A program made the translations under genes and the position numbers. Shown piece by piece: positions 1 to 9,049 of a stretch of 64,000 nucleotides of DNA. Each line of letters begins with the position of its first letter. Position 1 is the stretch's first letter. This DNA is from Puniceicoccales bacterium (GTDB lineage Bacteria; Verrucomicrobiota; Verrucomicrobiia; Opitutales; UBA953). The notes beneath the pieces were generated by a model, which was given only the letters and a program-made list of their open reading frames with translations, was not told the origin of the DNA and made no database searches. The DNA is taken from NCBI GenBank assembly GCA_031280235.1, contig JAITHA010000052.1:13237-77236 (forward strand). The letters run 5' to 3'.

Positions 1-513
1 GAAACAATTCCAGTGCGCAACCCGCATGCGACCCGCCCCTGGCAACATGTTTTGGAGCCCCTCAGTGGGTATCTCCTTCTTGGGGCACGGTTGCTCGAAA
101 ATGTCGCAGGTGGAAGCGCTTTTCGTCGTCGCCCGGAGAATGCTGCTTTCGAGTCTGCATTTAATTTTGGACCAGCCCTCGAATCCAACAAAACGGTTGG
201 CCACCTCGTCACAGAGATCTTAAAAAACTGGCCCGGCCAGTGGGAAAATCAATGGCGCGGCGACGCCTTGCACGAGGCCAGTTTGCTCAACCTCTCGACG
301 GACAAAGCCTACCACCTACTTGGGTGGCGCCCACGTTGGTCTTTCGAAGAAACCATTGCCCACACAACCCGATGGTATCAAGAACACTTTGAAAATAAGT
401 CTGATGTGGCAGAGTTGACGCGTCGCCAGATCGTCGAATACAGTGATGTTCCCGAGAAAAAATTGACAACTCCTCCCACATGCTATGATTCCCTCAAAGC
501 ATATGTCGCCTGA
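1..513 (+). CDS. rfbG: CDP-glucose 4,6-dehydratase, C-terminal part (5' end outside window)
   Basis: Frame +1 is open from base 1 (ETIPVRNPHATRPWQHVLEPLSGYLLLG...). This matches the conserved C-terminal half of CDP-glucose 4,6-dehydratases. An RfbH-type gene follows immediately. Confidence 0.75.
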   Translation, partial: ETIPVRNPHATRPWQHVLEPLSGYLLLGARLLENVAGGSAFRRRPENAAFESAFNFGPALESNKTVGHLVTEILKNWPGQWENQWRGDALHEASLLNLSTDKAYHLLGWRPRWSFEETIAHTTRWYQEHFENKSDVAELTRRQIVEYSDVPEKKLTTPPTCYDSLKAYVA

Positions 514-2002
514 CGAAATCAAAACAGAAATCTTGCGCCTTACCCGCGAATATTCGCAGGCCGTGCACGGGGCAAACCGTCCGGGTTATGGCAAGGACGA
601 TGCCGCCCCAGCGCCTTTTGTTCTCGGTGAGACGACCGTGCCCTATGCCGGACGCGTTTTTACTGCTGATGAAGTCGTCGCTGCCATCCGCAGTACGCTT
701 GACTTTTGGCTGACGCTCGGCCCAGAGGGCGCGGCATTTGAAAAAGAGCTCGCCGCCTTTCTCGGCGTGCGCCACACCCTGCTCGTCAACAGCGGCTCCT
801 CCGCCAACCTCCTCGCCATCACCGCGCTCACCAGCCACAAAATTCCCAGAGAAAAACGCCTCTTCCCCGGAGACGAAGTCATTACTTGCGCCGCCGGTTT
901 CCCAACCACTGTCGCGCCGATCCTGCAAAACGGCCTCGTGCCAGTCTTTATAGATAACATCCCGGCCACGGGAAACGCCTGCAGCGACCAGCTCGAAGCC
1001 GCCTTTTCTCCCGGTAAAACAAGGGCCGTCATGATGGCCCATACGCTTGGCAATCCCTTCGACCTCAGCGCTGTGCTCGCGTTTTGCCGTGCGTACGGGC
1101 TTTGGCTCATTGAGGATAATTGCGACGCGTTGGGTTGCACCTACACCATGCCAATACAACAAGCCCGCGAGCTCGGTTTCTCCGAAAATTCGCCTGGCAT
1201 CTCACCTGATGGAGAAAACATCACGCGCTACACAGGCACTTGGGGTGACCTTTCCACTCAATCTTTCTACCCGCCACACCACCTCACAATGGGCGAAGGT
1301 GGCGCCGTAAACATCATCTCCAAGGCAATCCTCAAAACCTGCGTGGAAAGTTTTCGCGACTGGGGCCGGGATTGCTGGTGCCCAAGTGGCAGAGACAATA
1401 CGTGCAAAAAACGCTTTGATTGGCAACTTGGCGAATTGCCCAAAGGCTACGATCATAAATACATCTACAGTCACCTTGGCTACAACCTGAAACCCCTCGA
1501 CCCACAGGCAGCCATTGGACGCGTACAACTGAAAAAACTCCCCCAATTTATCAAAGCAAGAAAAGACAACTGGGAATACCTCAGGAGCAGTCTCGACACA
1601 CTCACAGAATATTTTGATTTCTCGCTGCCAACACACGCAACTTCGTGGACACCAAGCGGTTTCGAATGGGATCAATCTGGATCTCATGTGGACTGCTCAT
1701 GGTTTGGCTTCATGGTTTGCGTGAAACCACATGCGCCCTTCACAAACAGTGAACTTGCACGGTACCTCGACAAAAATAAAATCGACAATCGCATGCTCTT
1801 TGGCGGGAATCTCACAAAACAACCCGTTTTTACTCAATTAAAAAAGGATAACCCGCACGCTTTCCGCATTGTCGGAAATTTAAATGGAGCTGACACAATT
1901 ATGAACAGTGCTATTTTTCTCGGCACCTACCCGGGCCTGACAAAAGCCATGTTGGATTTTGAAATCGAGACAATTAAAAAATTTGCCAATCAATTTCGAT
2001 AG
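485..2002 (+). CDS. rfbH: CDP-6-deoxy-D-xylo-4-hexulose-3-dehydrase (E1; RfbH/DdhC/AscC type, DegT/DnrJ/EryC1 fold)
   Basis: DegT-family fold with E1 hallmarks. FYPPHHLTMGEGG has His where the PLP lysine normally sits. The cysteine cluster DCWCPSGRDNTC (C-x-C-x7-C) fits the [2Fe-2S] site. The start could be ATG 485 or ATG 503. Confidence 0.75.
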   Translation: MIPSKHMSPDEIKTEILRLTREYSQAVHGANRPGYGKDDAAPAPFVLGETTVPYAGRVFTADEVVAAIRSTLDFWLTLGPEGAAFEKELAAFLGVRHTLLVNSGSSANLLAITALTSHKIPREKRLFPGDEVITCAAGFPTTVAPILQNGLVPVFIDNIPATGNACSDQLEAAFSPGKTRAVMMAHTLGNPFDLSAVLAFCRAYGLWLIEDNCDALGCTYTMPIQQARELGFSENSPGISPDGENITRYTGTWGDLSTQSFYPPHHLTMGEGGAVNIISKAILKTCVESFRDWGRDCWCPSGRDNTCKKRFDWQLGELPKGYDHKYIYSHLGYNLKPLDPQAAIGRVQLKKLPQFIKARKDNWEYLRSSLDTLTEYFDFSLPTHATSWTPSGFEWDQSGSHVDCSWFGFMVCVKPHAPFTNSELARYLDKNKIDNRMLFGGNLTKQPVFTQLKKDNPHAFRIVGNLNGADTIMNSAIFLGTYPGLTKAMLDFEIETIKKFANQFR

Positions 2003-2049
2003 ACCTCAAAAACAGATCTGCGAGACGCCATGCAGGAACGGTTCGTATT

Positions 2050-2922
2050 ATGAATAGACCAGTCCCCAACGGTAAAAAGCCCAGTGAAAAACCGAGGGTT
2101 CTTCTCACCGGGGGAACCGGTTTTCTCGGGAGCTATTTTATTCGAGAAGGACTCTCCGCCGGACTATCCATACGGGCGCTGCGTAGGCAAGGCGCAACGA
2201 CATGCATACCATTGCAAGCACAGCCGGATTGGGTAGAAGGGAACTTGGAAGATTTCCCCGATCAAGGTTTCACAGAATGTGATGTCCTTGTACACCTCGC
2301 CGCGTGTGGTGTCAGCCCGCAAAAGGCCACTATGCAGGAGATGCTCATGACTAATGTTGTGCAGTCCTCTGCATTGTGGCAACGAGCGAGAGAAGCAGGT
2401 GCAAAACGTTTTGTCATTTGTGGCTCATGCTTCGAATACGGGGCATCGGCAAGCTGTTATGATGCGATTCCTCCAAACGCACCCCTATGCCCAGTAGAGC
2501 CCTATGGTGCTTCGAAAGCGGCAGCAAGCATGGCGGCTCTGGCGTTTGCGGCGACAACTCAATGCGAGCTGCTTTTGGCACGCCCTTTTCATTTCTTTGG
2601 GGAAGGACAATTTGCAGGAAATTTATGGCCCTCCTTGAAAAAAGCCGCCCTTGGTGGAGAAGATTTTTCAATGACTTCAGGTGGGCAAATCCGTGACTTT
2701 TTGCCTGTTGAAGATGTCGCACGCCATTTTGTGACAGGATGCCTGAGAACAGATATAAAACCAGGTGTCGCCATCATTGAAAATATTGGCAGTGGCAGGC
2801 CGGAGAGTCTCGCAGATTTTGCACGCCGGTGGTGGACGTATTGGAGAGCCAGCGGAAAATTAAACATCGGCGCGCTTCCCTATAGGGAGAATGAAATCAT
2901 GCGTTTCGTCCCGGCTATTTAA
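2050..2922 (+). CDS. NAD-dependent epimerase/dehydratase family protein (CDP-3,6-dideoxyhexose 4-reductase-like, RfbJ/RfbS-like)
   Basis: N-terminal Rossmann motif LLTGGTGFLGSYF and catalytic YGASK (YxxxK). The 290-aa size and the position directly after rfbH fit this role. Confidence 0.6.
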   Translation: MNRPVPNGKKPSEKPRVLLTGGTGFLGSYFIREGLSAGLSIRALRRQGATTCIPLQAQPDWVEGNLEDFPDQGFTECDVLVHLAACGVSPQKATMQEMLMTNVVQSSALWQRAREAGAKRFVICGSCFEYGASASCYDAIPPNAPLCPVEPYGASKAAASMAALAFAATTQCELLLARPFHFFGEGQFAGNLWPSLKKAALGGEDFSMTSGGQIRDFLPVEDVARHFVTGCLRTDIKPGVAIIENIGSGRPESLADFARRWWTYWRASGKLNIGALPYRENEIMRFVPAI

Positions 2923-2958
2923 GTGAATTTTTGAATAGACGTCAATAAAATCCTCAAC

Positions 2959-4332
2959 ATGAAGAAAATAAAAAACCTTATTCTCGGCGGGGGTCTCTCG
3001 GGAATTTCCTGTTCCTATCATTTGGGTCATGCGCAATGTCTTGTCCTCGAGGAGAAACCAGAACTTTGGGGCCTCTTGGCGACACGGCAAAGAAACGGTT
3101 TCACCTGGGACAATGGGCCACATGTCTCCTTTACAAAACAAGAATACGTTCGCGAGCTTTTTGAAAACAACACAAACGGTCGTTTTTCCCAAATGAAGGC
3201 CAATGTTGGCAACTGGTTTCATGGCCACTGGATCCGCCATCCGGCGCAGGTTAATCTCTTCCAAGCTCCAGCGGATGTGCGTGCGCGTTGCGTAAAGAGT
3301 TTTCTCCAAGGGCAAGAATCGACCAACGCCAATATTCACCCCGCCAATTATCAACAATGGTTGAACGCTTCCCTTGGTGAAGAGTTTGCGACCATTTTTT
3401 CTACTCCATACACACAAAAATACTGGACGGTGCCACCGCACAAGATGAGTTGTGACTGGGTGGGTGGGCGCGTCCATCGCCCACGGCCTGAGGATGTCCT
3501 CGCTGGCAGTCGGGGCGAGACAAACAAGGATTTTCACTATGTGCAGGAGATTCGTTACCCCATTGCAGGCGGCTACAAAACTTTTGTGGAACAACTGGCA
3601 GAGGGCATAAATGCGCGATTAAACTCGAAGGTTGTTTCCATCGACCTGAAAAGTAAAACAGTGCTTACCGAAAATGGATCGATTTTCGCCTACGAACGTT
3701 TGATTTCCACTATCCCATTGCCCGATTTTGTACAATGCTGTGAACATGCAAGCCCTGAAATGAAAGCTGCCGCTGCGGCGCTTCTTTGCACAAGCGCTGT
3801 TCTTGTTGAGTTCGAGCTGCCCGATGCGGAGAAACGTCCTGAACATTGGCTTTATGTTTATGACTCGGATAAATTCGCAACACGTATAAACTGGACAGAA
3901 AAATTATCTCCCAATAATGCCCCCAAGGATTTAAAAGGTGTGCAAGTTGAGGTTTATTACAGTAGAGAGTTTCCACTAACTGTTTCCGATGGCTGTCTTG
4001 CCCAGAGAGTTGAGGGTGAACTGGTAGCAATGGGAATTATCGAAAAGCGGGGGCTTTCTAAAAAACAGGTAAACATCACTAAAATCCCCTATGCAAACGT
4101 GGTCTTCCTCGCCAATACAGCAACGCAGCTGGAAATTATCTGGCGAGGTTTTGAGGCGTATGGCCTGCAGCGCGAGGTAGGCGATGTCCACCCACTGAGC
4201 GATTGGAGTCGAGGGCCTTCCGCTGCTGCGGATGCGCCTTTGATAATGGCGGGTCGTTTTGGCCAGTGGAAATATTTTTGGACCGATGATTGTATCATGC
4301 GCGGGCGCCAGTTAGCCATTGTTCCGCATTGA
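2959..4332 (+). CDS. FAD/NAD(P)-binding oxidoreductase (amine-oxidase / UDP-galactopyranose-mutase-like superfamily)
   Basis: N-terminal dinucleotide-binding motif ILGGGLSGISCSYHL. Size is 457 aa. Only the family is called; the substrate is unknown. Confidence 0.5.
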   Translation: MKKIKNLILGGGLSGISCSYHLGHAQCLVLEEKPELWGLLATRQRNGFTWDNGPHVSFTKQEYVRELFENNTNGRFSQMKANVGNWFHGHWIRHPAQVNLFQAPADVRARCVKSFLQGQESTNANIHPANYQQWLNASLGEEFATIFSTPYTQKYWTVPPHKMSCDWVGGRVHRPRPEDVLAGSRGETNKDFHYVQEIRYPIAGGYKTFVEQLAEGINARLNSKVVSIDLKSKTVLTENGSIFAYERLISTIPLPDFVQCCEHASPEMKAAAAALLCTSAVLVEFELPDAEKRPEHWLYVYDSDKFATRINWTEKLSPNNAPKDLKGVQVEVYYSREFPLTVSDGCLAQRVEGELVAMGIIEKRGLSKKQVNITKIPYANVVFLANTATQLEIIWRGFEAYGLQREVGDVHPLSDWSRGPSAAADAPLIMAGRFGQWKYFWTDDCIMRGRQLAIVPH

Positions 4333-4535
4333 GGATTTTTCAGAAATTTTTTCTTGTAAACTGTGGAAAAACGGCAAGCATCGCGAACAGGAAACAAAAA
4401 AAGAGCAAACATGGAGCCCTCCTTCAATCCCGTTGGTCCGGTCGTCCGTGAAGACCACGATCACAACCACATGCCTCGTTGGAGTGCGTGAGTCGGTGTG
4501 CGCCCATTTTCACGCTTAAGTTTCATTCCAATCTC

Positions 4536-5474
4536 ATGCCAAATCCACGTTTCACCATTCTTTTGCCTGTTGTCAAGACACGGTTTTTTCAAAAGGCTTT
4601 GGACAGTGCCCTTGCACAAAGCTTTGAGGACTATGAGGTCGTCATCCTCGATAATAAGGCTGATGCCGATATTTCCGGCGTTGCGGAGAGCCCTCGTGTC
4701 CGTTATCTGAAGAACGCGACCCAGCTCTTGCCGGCGACAAATTGGAACAAGGGTATAGAGGCCTCCCGTGGAGAGTTCATCCTTCTTCTTTCCGATGACG
4801 ATGAGCTGGAACCCGATTGTCTGCGGGAGATAGATGCTTTTTTGGAAAAGCACAAAAATGAGTTGGATGTTATTCGAATCTTGCGCAGCGAATTTTGGGA
4901 AGGTGGGGAAATCACCTCATATAGTTGTCCAGGCAGGGACGTGGAGACGGTGGATGAATACATCTATTACCAGTTCAGATATTATCGCGGCCAGGCACTC
5001 TCTGACTTCGTTTTTCGGCGAAGTGCAGCTCAAGCGATCGGTGGTTTTCGCGAGGTAGCTGCCTCCCTGTGCAGCGACAAAATTTTATTTGCTGGGCTTG
5101 CTTCGCTGAGAAACAAAGTAGGTAATTTGAATAAAGTCCTTTTGCGTTACCGCTGGCATGGTGCCAATTATACACTTGTTCCACGGCGGGATCTCTATAT
5201 CGATTCCCTCAGAAGTGATTTTGCTTTTTTTCAGTACAGCGAACAGGTTCTTGAGAAATGCTCGGGGCCTTTTCGAAATCTTGCTATCGCAGTGAACAAG
5301 GCAAATTACCAGATTCGACAAAAAACACATTATGCCGACGCCTTGTCTTTCCAAGGCCTGCTTGGCCTTCGCCGCCTTTATTGGGCGACGCCGCCATCGT
5401 TTGTTTCACGGCGCCGGTGCCTTCTTTCTGCTTTCGGCACATATTTTCGGCGTAAAATCACCGGGCGCTATTAA
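4536..5474 (+). CDS. Glycosyltransferase family 2
   Basis: RFTILLPVVKTRFFQKALDSALAQSFEDYEVVILDNKADADI followed by the acidic LLLSDDDEL motif. The start was moved to ATG 4536, where the GT2 fold begins. Paralog of 9050-10054. Confidence 0.75.
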   Translation: MPNPRFTILLPVVKTRFFQKALDSALAQSFEDYEVVILDNKADADISGVAESPRVRYLKNATQLLPATNWNKGIEASRGEFILLLSDDDELEPDCLREIDAFLEKHKNELDVIRILRSEFWEGGEITSYSCPGRDVETVDEYIYYQFRYYRGQALSDFVFRRSAAQAIGGFREVAASLCSDKILFAGLASLRNKVGNLNKVLLRYRWHGANYTLVPRRDLYIDSLRSDFAFFQYSEQVLEKCSGPFRNLAIAVNKANYQIRQKTHYADALSFQGLLGLRRLYWATPPSFVSRRRCLLSAFGTYFRRKITGRY

Positions 5475-5498
5475 ATCGCGATAGAGGTCTCAAGAAAA

Positions 5499-6902
5499 AT
5501 GGAAATCCAGCTGAAGAAGAGCGATTATCTCTGGGGCTATGTAGCGTTCATTTTTCGCTATGGCAACACGATGCTCATCCTCCCGCTTCTCCTCCGCTAC
5601 CTCCCGACAGAAACATTTGCGATCGCAGCGCTCTTCGCGTATATTACCACGTTTACCGCACTTTTTGATCTCGGCTTCACACCGTGCATTGCGCGTCAAT
5701 TTGCCTTTGCTTACAGCGGGGTGAAAGCGCTTCAACACGAAGGCGTTGGCGATGTAACATCCTCTGGGGAAATTAATTACGTCTTACTACGTGCTCTGAT
5801 TGACACGTCGAGAAAGATTTATGCCATCATTGCCGGCGTGACCCTCTTGACACTTTCCGTTGGTGGAACCTTTTATCTCTGGGAAGTGCTGCAACACAAG
5901 CAGCGCGAAGAACTTTTCTGGGAGATATTGCCGATCTGGGGACTGTTTATCGCATCGACTGTGCTGGGCATCTTCTATAAGTATCTCGCTGCTTTGATGG
6001 AAGGGCGTGGGGGCATCGGGATTTTAAACAAGCAGAGTGTTCTTATCGGTTTTTGTGTGGTAGTGCTGTCATTTGTCACGTTGCGGAATGGCTGGGGGCT
6101 GTATGGCACGACATTTTCCGGTTTTGTTGGCCTTGTTGCGAGTCGCTATTTGTGTCATCGATTTCTCTTCGACAAGGAAATTGTGAGAAAACTGAAAGAA
6201 GCAAGTGAAGCGGCTTCCCGATTAAAACTCTTTCCTGTGATTTGGCACAATGCAAAAAAACTGGGGATTAATAGCGTCGGTGTTTTCTTAATTAATCAGA
6301 TGGGTGGTTTGTTGGGCGGTCTTTATTTGACCCTTGCCGAGACGGCTTCACTCCTGTTGACTTTGCAGGCATTTAGCGTGATCAACATCGCGTCCAATAT
6401 TTATTTTAACACGAGCATGCCACGTTTTGCCAGCCTTTTTGCGAGACGCAGTAATGAGATTCTCAAACGGGAGTTTTTACGCAGTATGTTGTTGGGCACG
6501 TTTATTTTCCTTTGCGGCTTGGCGGCCCTCTTGTTTCTCGGCCCGGTGGTTATTACCTGGTGGAAGAGCAAGACCATCCTTCTTGGCCCCCTGGCTATTG
6601 GGCTCTACGGCGTGGCTTTTTTCATGGAGGGCATACACGGGCGTTGCGCCGCATTCATCACAATTAGAAACATCGTCCCTTTTGTCTGGGCCGGCTTGCT
6701 AACCGGCTTGGGCAACTTGGCGCTTTCCATTGTTTTCCTTAAGGTCACCTCTCTTGGCGTTATCGCATTTCCTTTGGCCCTGATTATCGCGCATGCGGTT
6801 TACAATTTTTGGCGGTGGCCGGTATGGGTTGTTCGCAATTTTCAAATTCGGCTGGGCGATTTCTCTCCCAAAAAACTTCTCGGCTTGACTCCGGGCGGAT
6901 GA
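5499..6902 (+). CDS. Polysaccharide flippase (Wzx / MOP-superfamily-like) membrane protein
   Basis: 467-aa highly hydrophobic multi-pass protein with a Wzx-like N-terminus (LILPLLLRYLPTETFAI) in a glycan locus. The call rests on topology and context only. Confidence 0.5.
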   Translation: MEIQLKKSDYLWGYVAFIFRYGNTMLILPLLLRYLPTETFAIAALFAYITTFTALFDLGFTPCIARQFAFAYSGVKALQHEGVGDVTSSGEINYVLLRALIDTSRKIYAIIAGVTLLTLSVGGTFYLWEVLQHKQREELFWEILPIWGLFIASTVLGIFYKYLAALMEGRGGIGILNKQSVLIGFCVVVLSFVTLRNGWGLYGTTFSGFVGLVASRYLCHRFLFDKEIVRKLKEASEAASRLKLFPVIWHNAKKLGINSVGVFLINQMGGLLGGLYLTLAETASLLLTLQAFSVINIASNIYFNTSMPRFASLFARRSNEILKREFLRSMLLGTFIFLCGLAALLFLGPVVITWWKSKTILLGPLAIGLYGVAFFMEGIHGRCAAFITIRNIVPFVWAGLLTGLGNLALSIVFLKVTSLGVIAFPLALIIAHAVYNFWRWPVWVVRNFQIRLGDFSPKKLLGLTPGG

Positions 6903-6929
6903 TTTTTATGCACAACTAAAGAAGCAAAA

Positions 6930-8993
6930 ATGACAGACGAAAAAACGACCTCACCTGAGCTAGGAAGACATGGGACGATACCCGAGCCACCGCCGCCGTT
7001 CGCGCCTGTCCAAGCGCACGATGCCTATTGGCGCGCCCATGTTTATTGCGCGGATAAGGAGCCGCAGCTCACTTGGCGCGCCTCCATCGTGGGCGGCTTT
7101 CTTGGCATTCTTGCTTGTGCGTCGGCTCTCTATACCACTTTGACCATTGGCTGGGGTTTTTGTGTCAACATTTCCGTTTGCATCCTTTCTTTTATCGCCT
7201 TTAATTTCCTGAGAAATCTTTCCAGCGGGCGAATCCGTCCAATGGGTGTTTTGGAGAATGGTGCCACCTCTTCCATCGCCAACATCACTGGCATCACCCC
7301 CTCGCATACAGTTGTTGGCGTTGTAGGGGGGCTCCTCCTTTTGGGCACTTCGCAAGGTGGCGTCAAAGACGGTTTCATGCCTTGGTATTTGCTTGCGCCG
7401 ATCACTTTTTTTTCATCCCTCCTCGGCACACTCATTGGCATTCCCCTCAAGCGTTCTGTCATCAATGCCGAGCGTTTGCGTTTCCCCAGCAGCATCGCGC
7501 TTGCGGAGACCCTGCGCACGCTCTACGCGCATGGGGCGGAGGCCGTGGATAAGGCTCGCTGCCTCATCGGGGGTATCGCTGTCGGCGCTTTTCTTGGGCT
7601 CTGGAAAGGCCTTCCAGAAATCGCAGCCATTCTCAAGAAAACCTACAGCATGACTTGGCTGGATGAATTTCTTGTCAACAAAGCACTTCCGGAAATGGTT
7701 GCTTTCCCGGGCTTTTTGAACCCCATGAATTGGTGGCAGATTCAAAAAGGAGTGCCCGCTTTTTACGGGGTCGAAGTCAGCCTGATGCTTTTTGGCGCAG
7801 GGATGATTGTGGGCCTGCGCGTTTCGCTCTCCATGCTCGGTACCGCTTTGTTGGTCAACTGCTTGCTATTGCCAAATCTTGTCCTCCAAGATCAGGCGAA
7901 CGTGGGTACGCCGGGCTGGATTCCCAACCTTGAAGCACGTGTGGATCCTGCCACTGGCATCACCACCTACCTTGTCTATAAATGGTCTCTCTGGTGCGGC
8001 ACGGCTGTCATGGTTTGTGCGGGCCTCACCTCTCTGGCCATGCAATGGCGCTCAATCGCACGGGCCTTCACCAGCCTTCTTAATAAGAAAAATACCCAGA
8101 TTGATAATGCCCACGATCCACTTGCCGATCTTGAGGTGCCGATGAAGTGGTTTTTTATTGGCATTATCCCAGCTTCCCTGGGTTTGATACTCACGATGTG
8201 GCTCGCCTTTGACATCTCGCCGTTCCTCGGGCTCATCGCCGTTCTCCTTTCCTTCGTCACAGGCCTGATTTGTACGCGCTCTTGTGGCGAAGCGGATGTC
8301 AATCCCATTGGCGCGATGGGCAAGCTCTCACAGCTCCTCTACTCTGTGCTGCCTGGCGCGCGCGGCAACGCCAGTGTCAACCTCATCACCGCCGGGGTCA
8401 CTGCCACTGCGGGCGGATCCACTGGTGACCTCGTGGCTGACATGAAGGTGGGCTATCAGCTGGGGATGAATCCGCGCCAGCAATTTTGGTCGCAGATCAT
8501 CGGCGTCGTCCTCGGCACCATCATCATTGTGCCCATGTGGTACCTCATGATTCCCGACAAGGCCGCCCTCGAAAGCTATAACCCGCCTACCGCTTCCATG
8601 TGGGCTGCCGTCGCCAAGTTCCTCACCGATGACGCCACCCAGCTTGCGCACAGCACCAAAGTCGCCATGGTTACGGGCGCCCTCATCGGGATCTTCTTCC
8701 CCATCATAGAAAACCTTTTCCCACGCTGGCGCCGCTACATGCCATCCTCCATGGGCGTTGGCATCGCGATGATTCTCCCAAGCGCCATCAGCAACTCTCT
8801 CGCCTTCTCGGCTGGGGCCGTTGTCGCATGGCTCTGGTTTAAATATTCGCCGAAAAAAGGTGAAAAATATTGCATTCCTCTCGCTTCCGGATTCGTTGCG
8901 GGAGAATCCGTCATCGCAGCATTCATCGCCATCGGCGCCACTCTGCTCAAACTTTGGCCAGAATTCCTCAACAGCATGAAGGAAATTCTTTGA
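6930..8993 (+). CDS. OPT-family (oligopeptide transporter) membrane protein
   Basis: 687-aa polytopic protein with OPT-like motifs SCGEADVNPIGAMGKLSQL and GDLVADMKVGYQLGMNPRQQFWSQIIG. Confidence 0.7.
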   Translation: MTDEKTTSPELGRHGTIPEPPPPFAPVQAHDAYWRAHVYCADKEPQLTWRASIVGGFLGILACASALYTTLTIGWGFCVNISVCILSFIAFNFLRNLSSGRIRPMGVLENGATSSIANITGITPSHTVVGVVGGLLLLGTSQGGVKDGFMPWYLLAPITFFSSLLGTLIGIPLKRSVINAERLRFPSSIALAETLRTLYAHGAEAVDKARCLIGGIAVGAFLGLWKGLPEIAAILKKTYSMTWLDEFLVNKALPEMVAFPGFLNPMNWWQIQKGVPAFYGVEVSLMLFGAGMIVGLRVSLSMLGTALLVNCLLLPNLVLQDQANVGTPGWIPNLEARVDPATGITTYLVYKWSLWCGTAVMVCAGLTSLAMQWRSIARAFTSLLNKKNTQIDNAHDPLADLEVPMKWFFIGIIPASLGLILTMWLAFDISPFLGLIAVLLSFVTGLICTRSCGEADVNPIGAMGKLSQLLYSVLPGARGNASVNLITAGVTATAGGSTGDLVADMKVGYQLGMNPRQQFWSQIIGVVLGTIIIVPMWYLMIPDKAALESYNPPTASMWAAVAKFLTDDATQLAHSTKVAMVTGALIGIFFPIIENLFPRWRRYMPSSMGVGIAMILPSAISNSLAFSAGAVVAWLWFKYSPKKGEKYCIPLASGFVAGESVIAAFIAIGATLLKLWPEFLNSMKEIL

Positions 8994-9049
8994 CAAACCC
9001 CAAAAAAATAGATTTTCCTTTCGCCCATCGCTTTTTATCCCGCACAACA

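Noticed and set aside
8870-9049. Upstream extension of the GT2 ORF (ORF track start at 8870)
   Set aside because: The extension overlaps the 3' end of the OPT gene and translates to an Arg/His-rich nonsense-like peptide. The GT2 fold and its paralog both start near the ATG at 9050.
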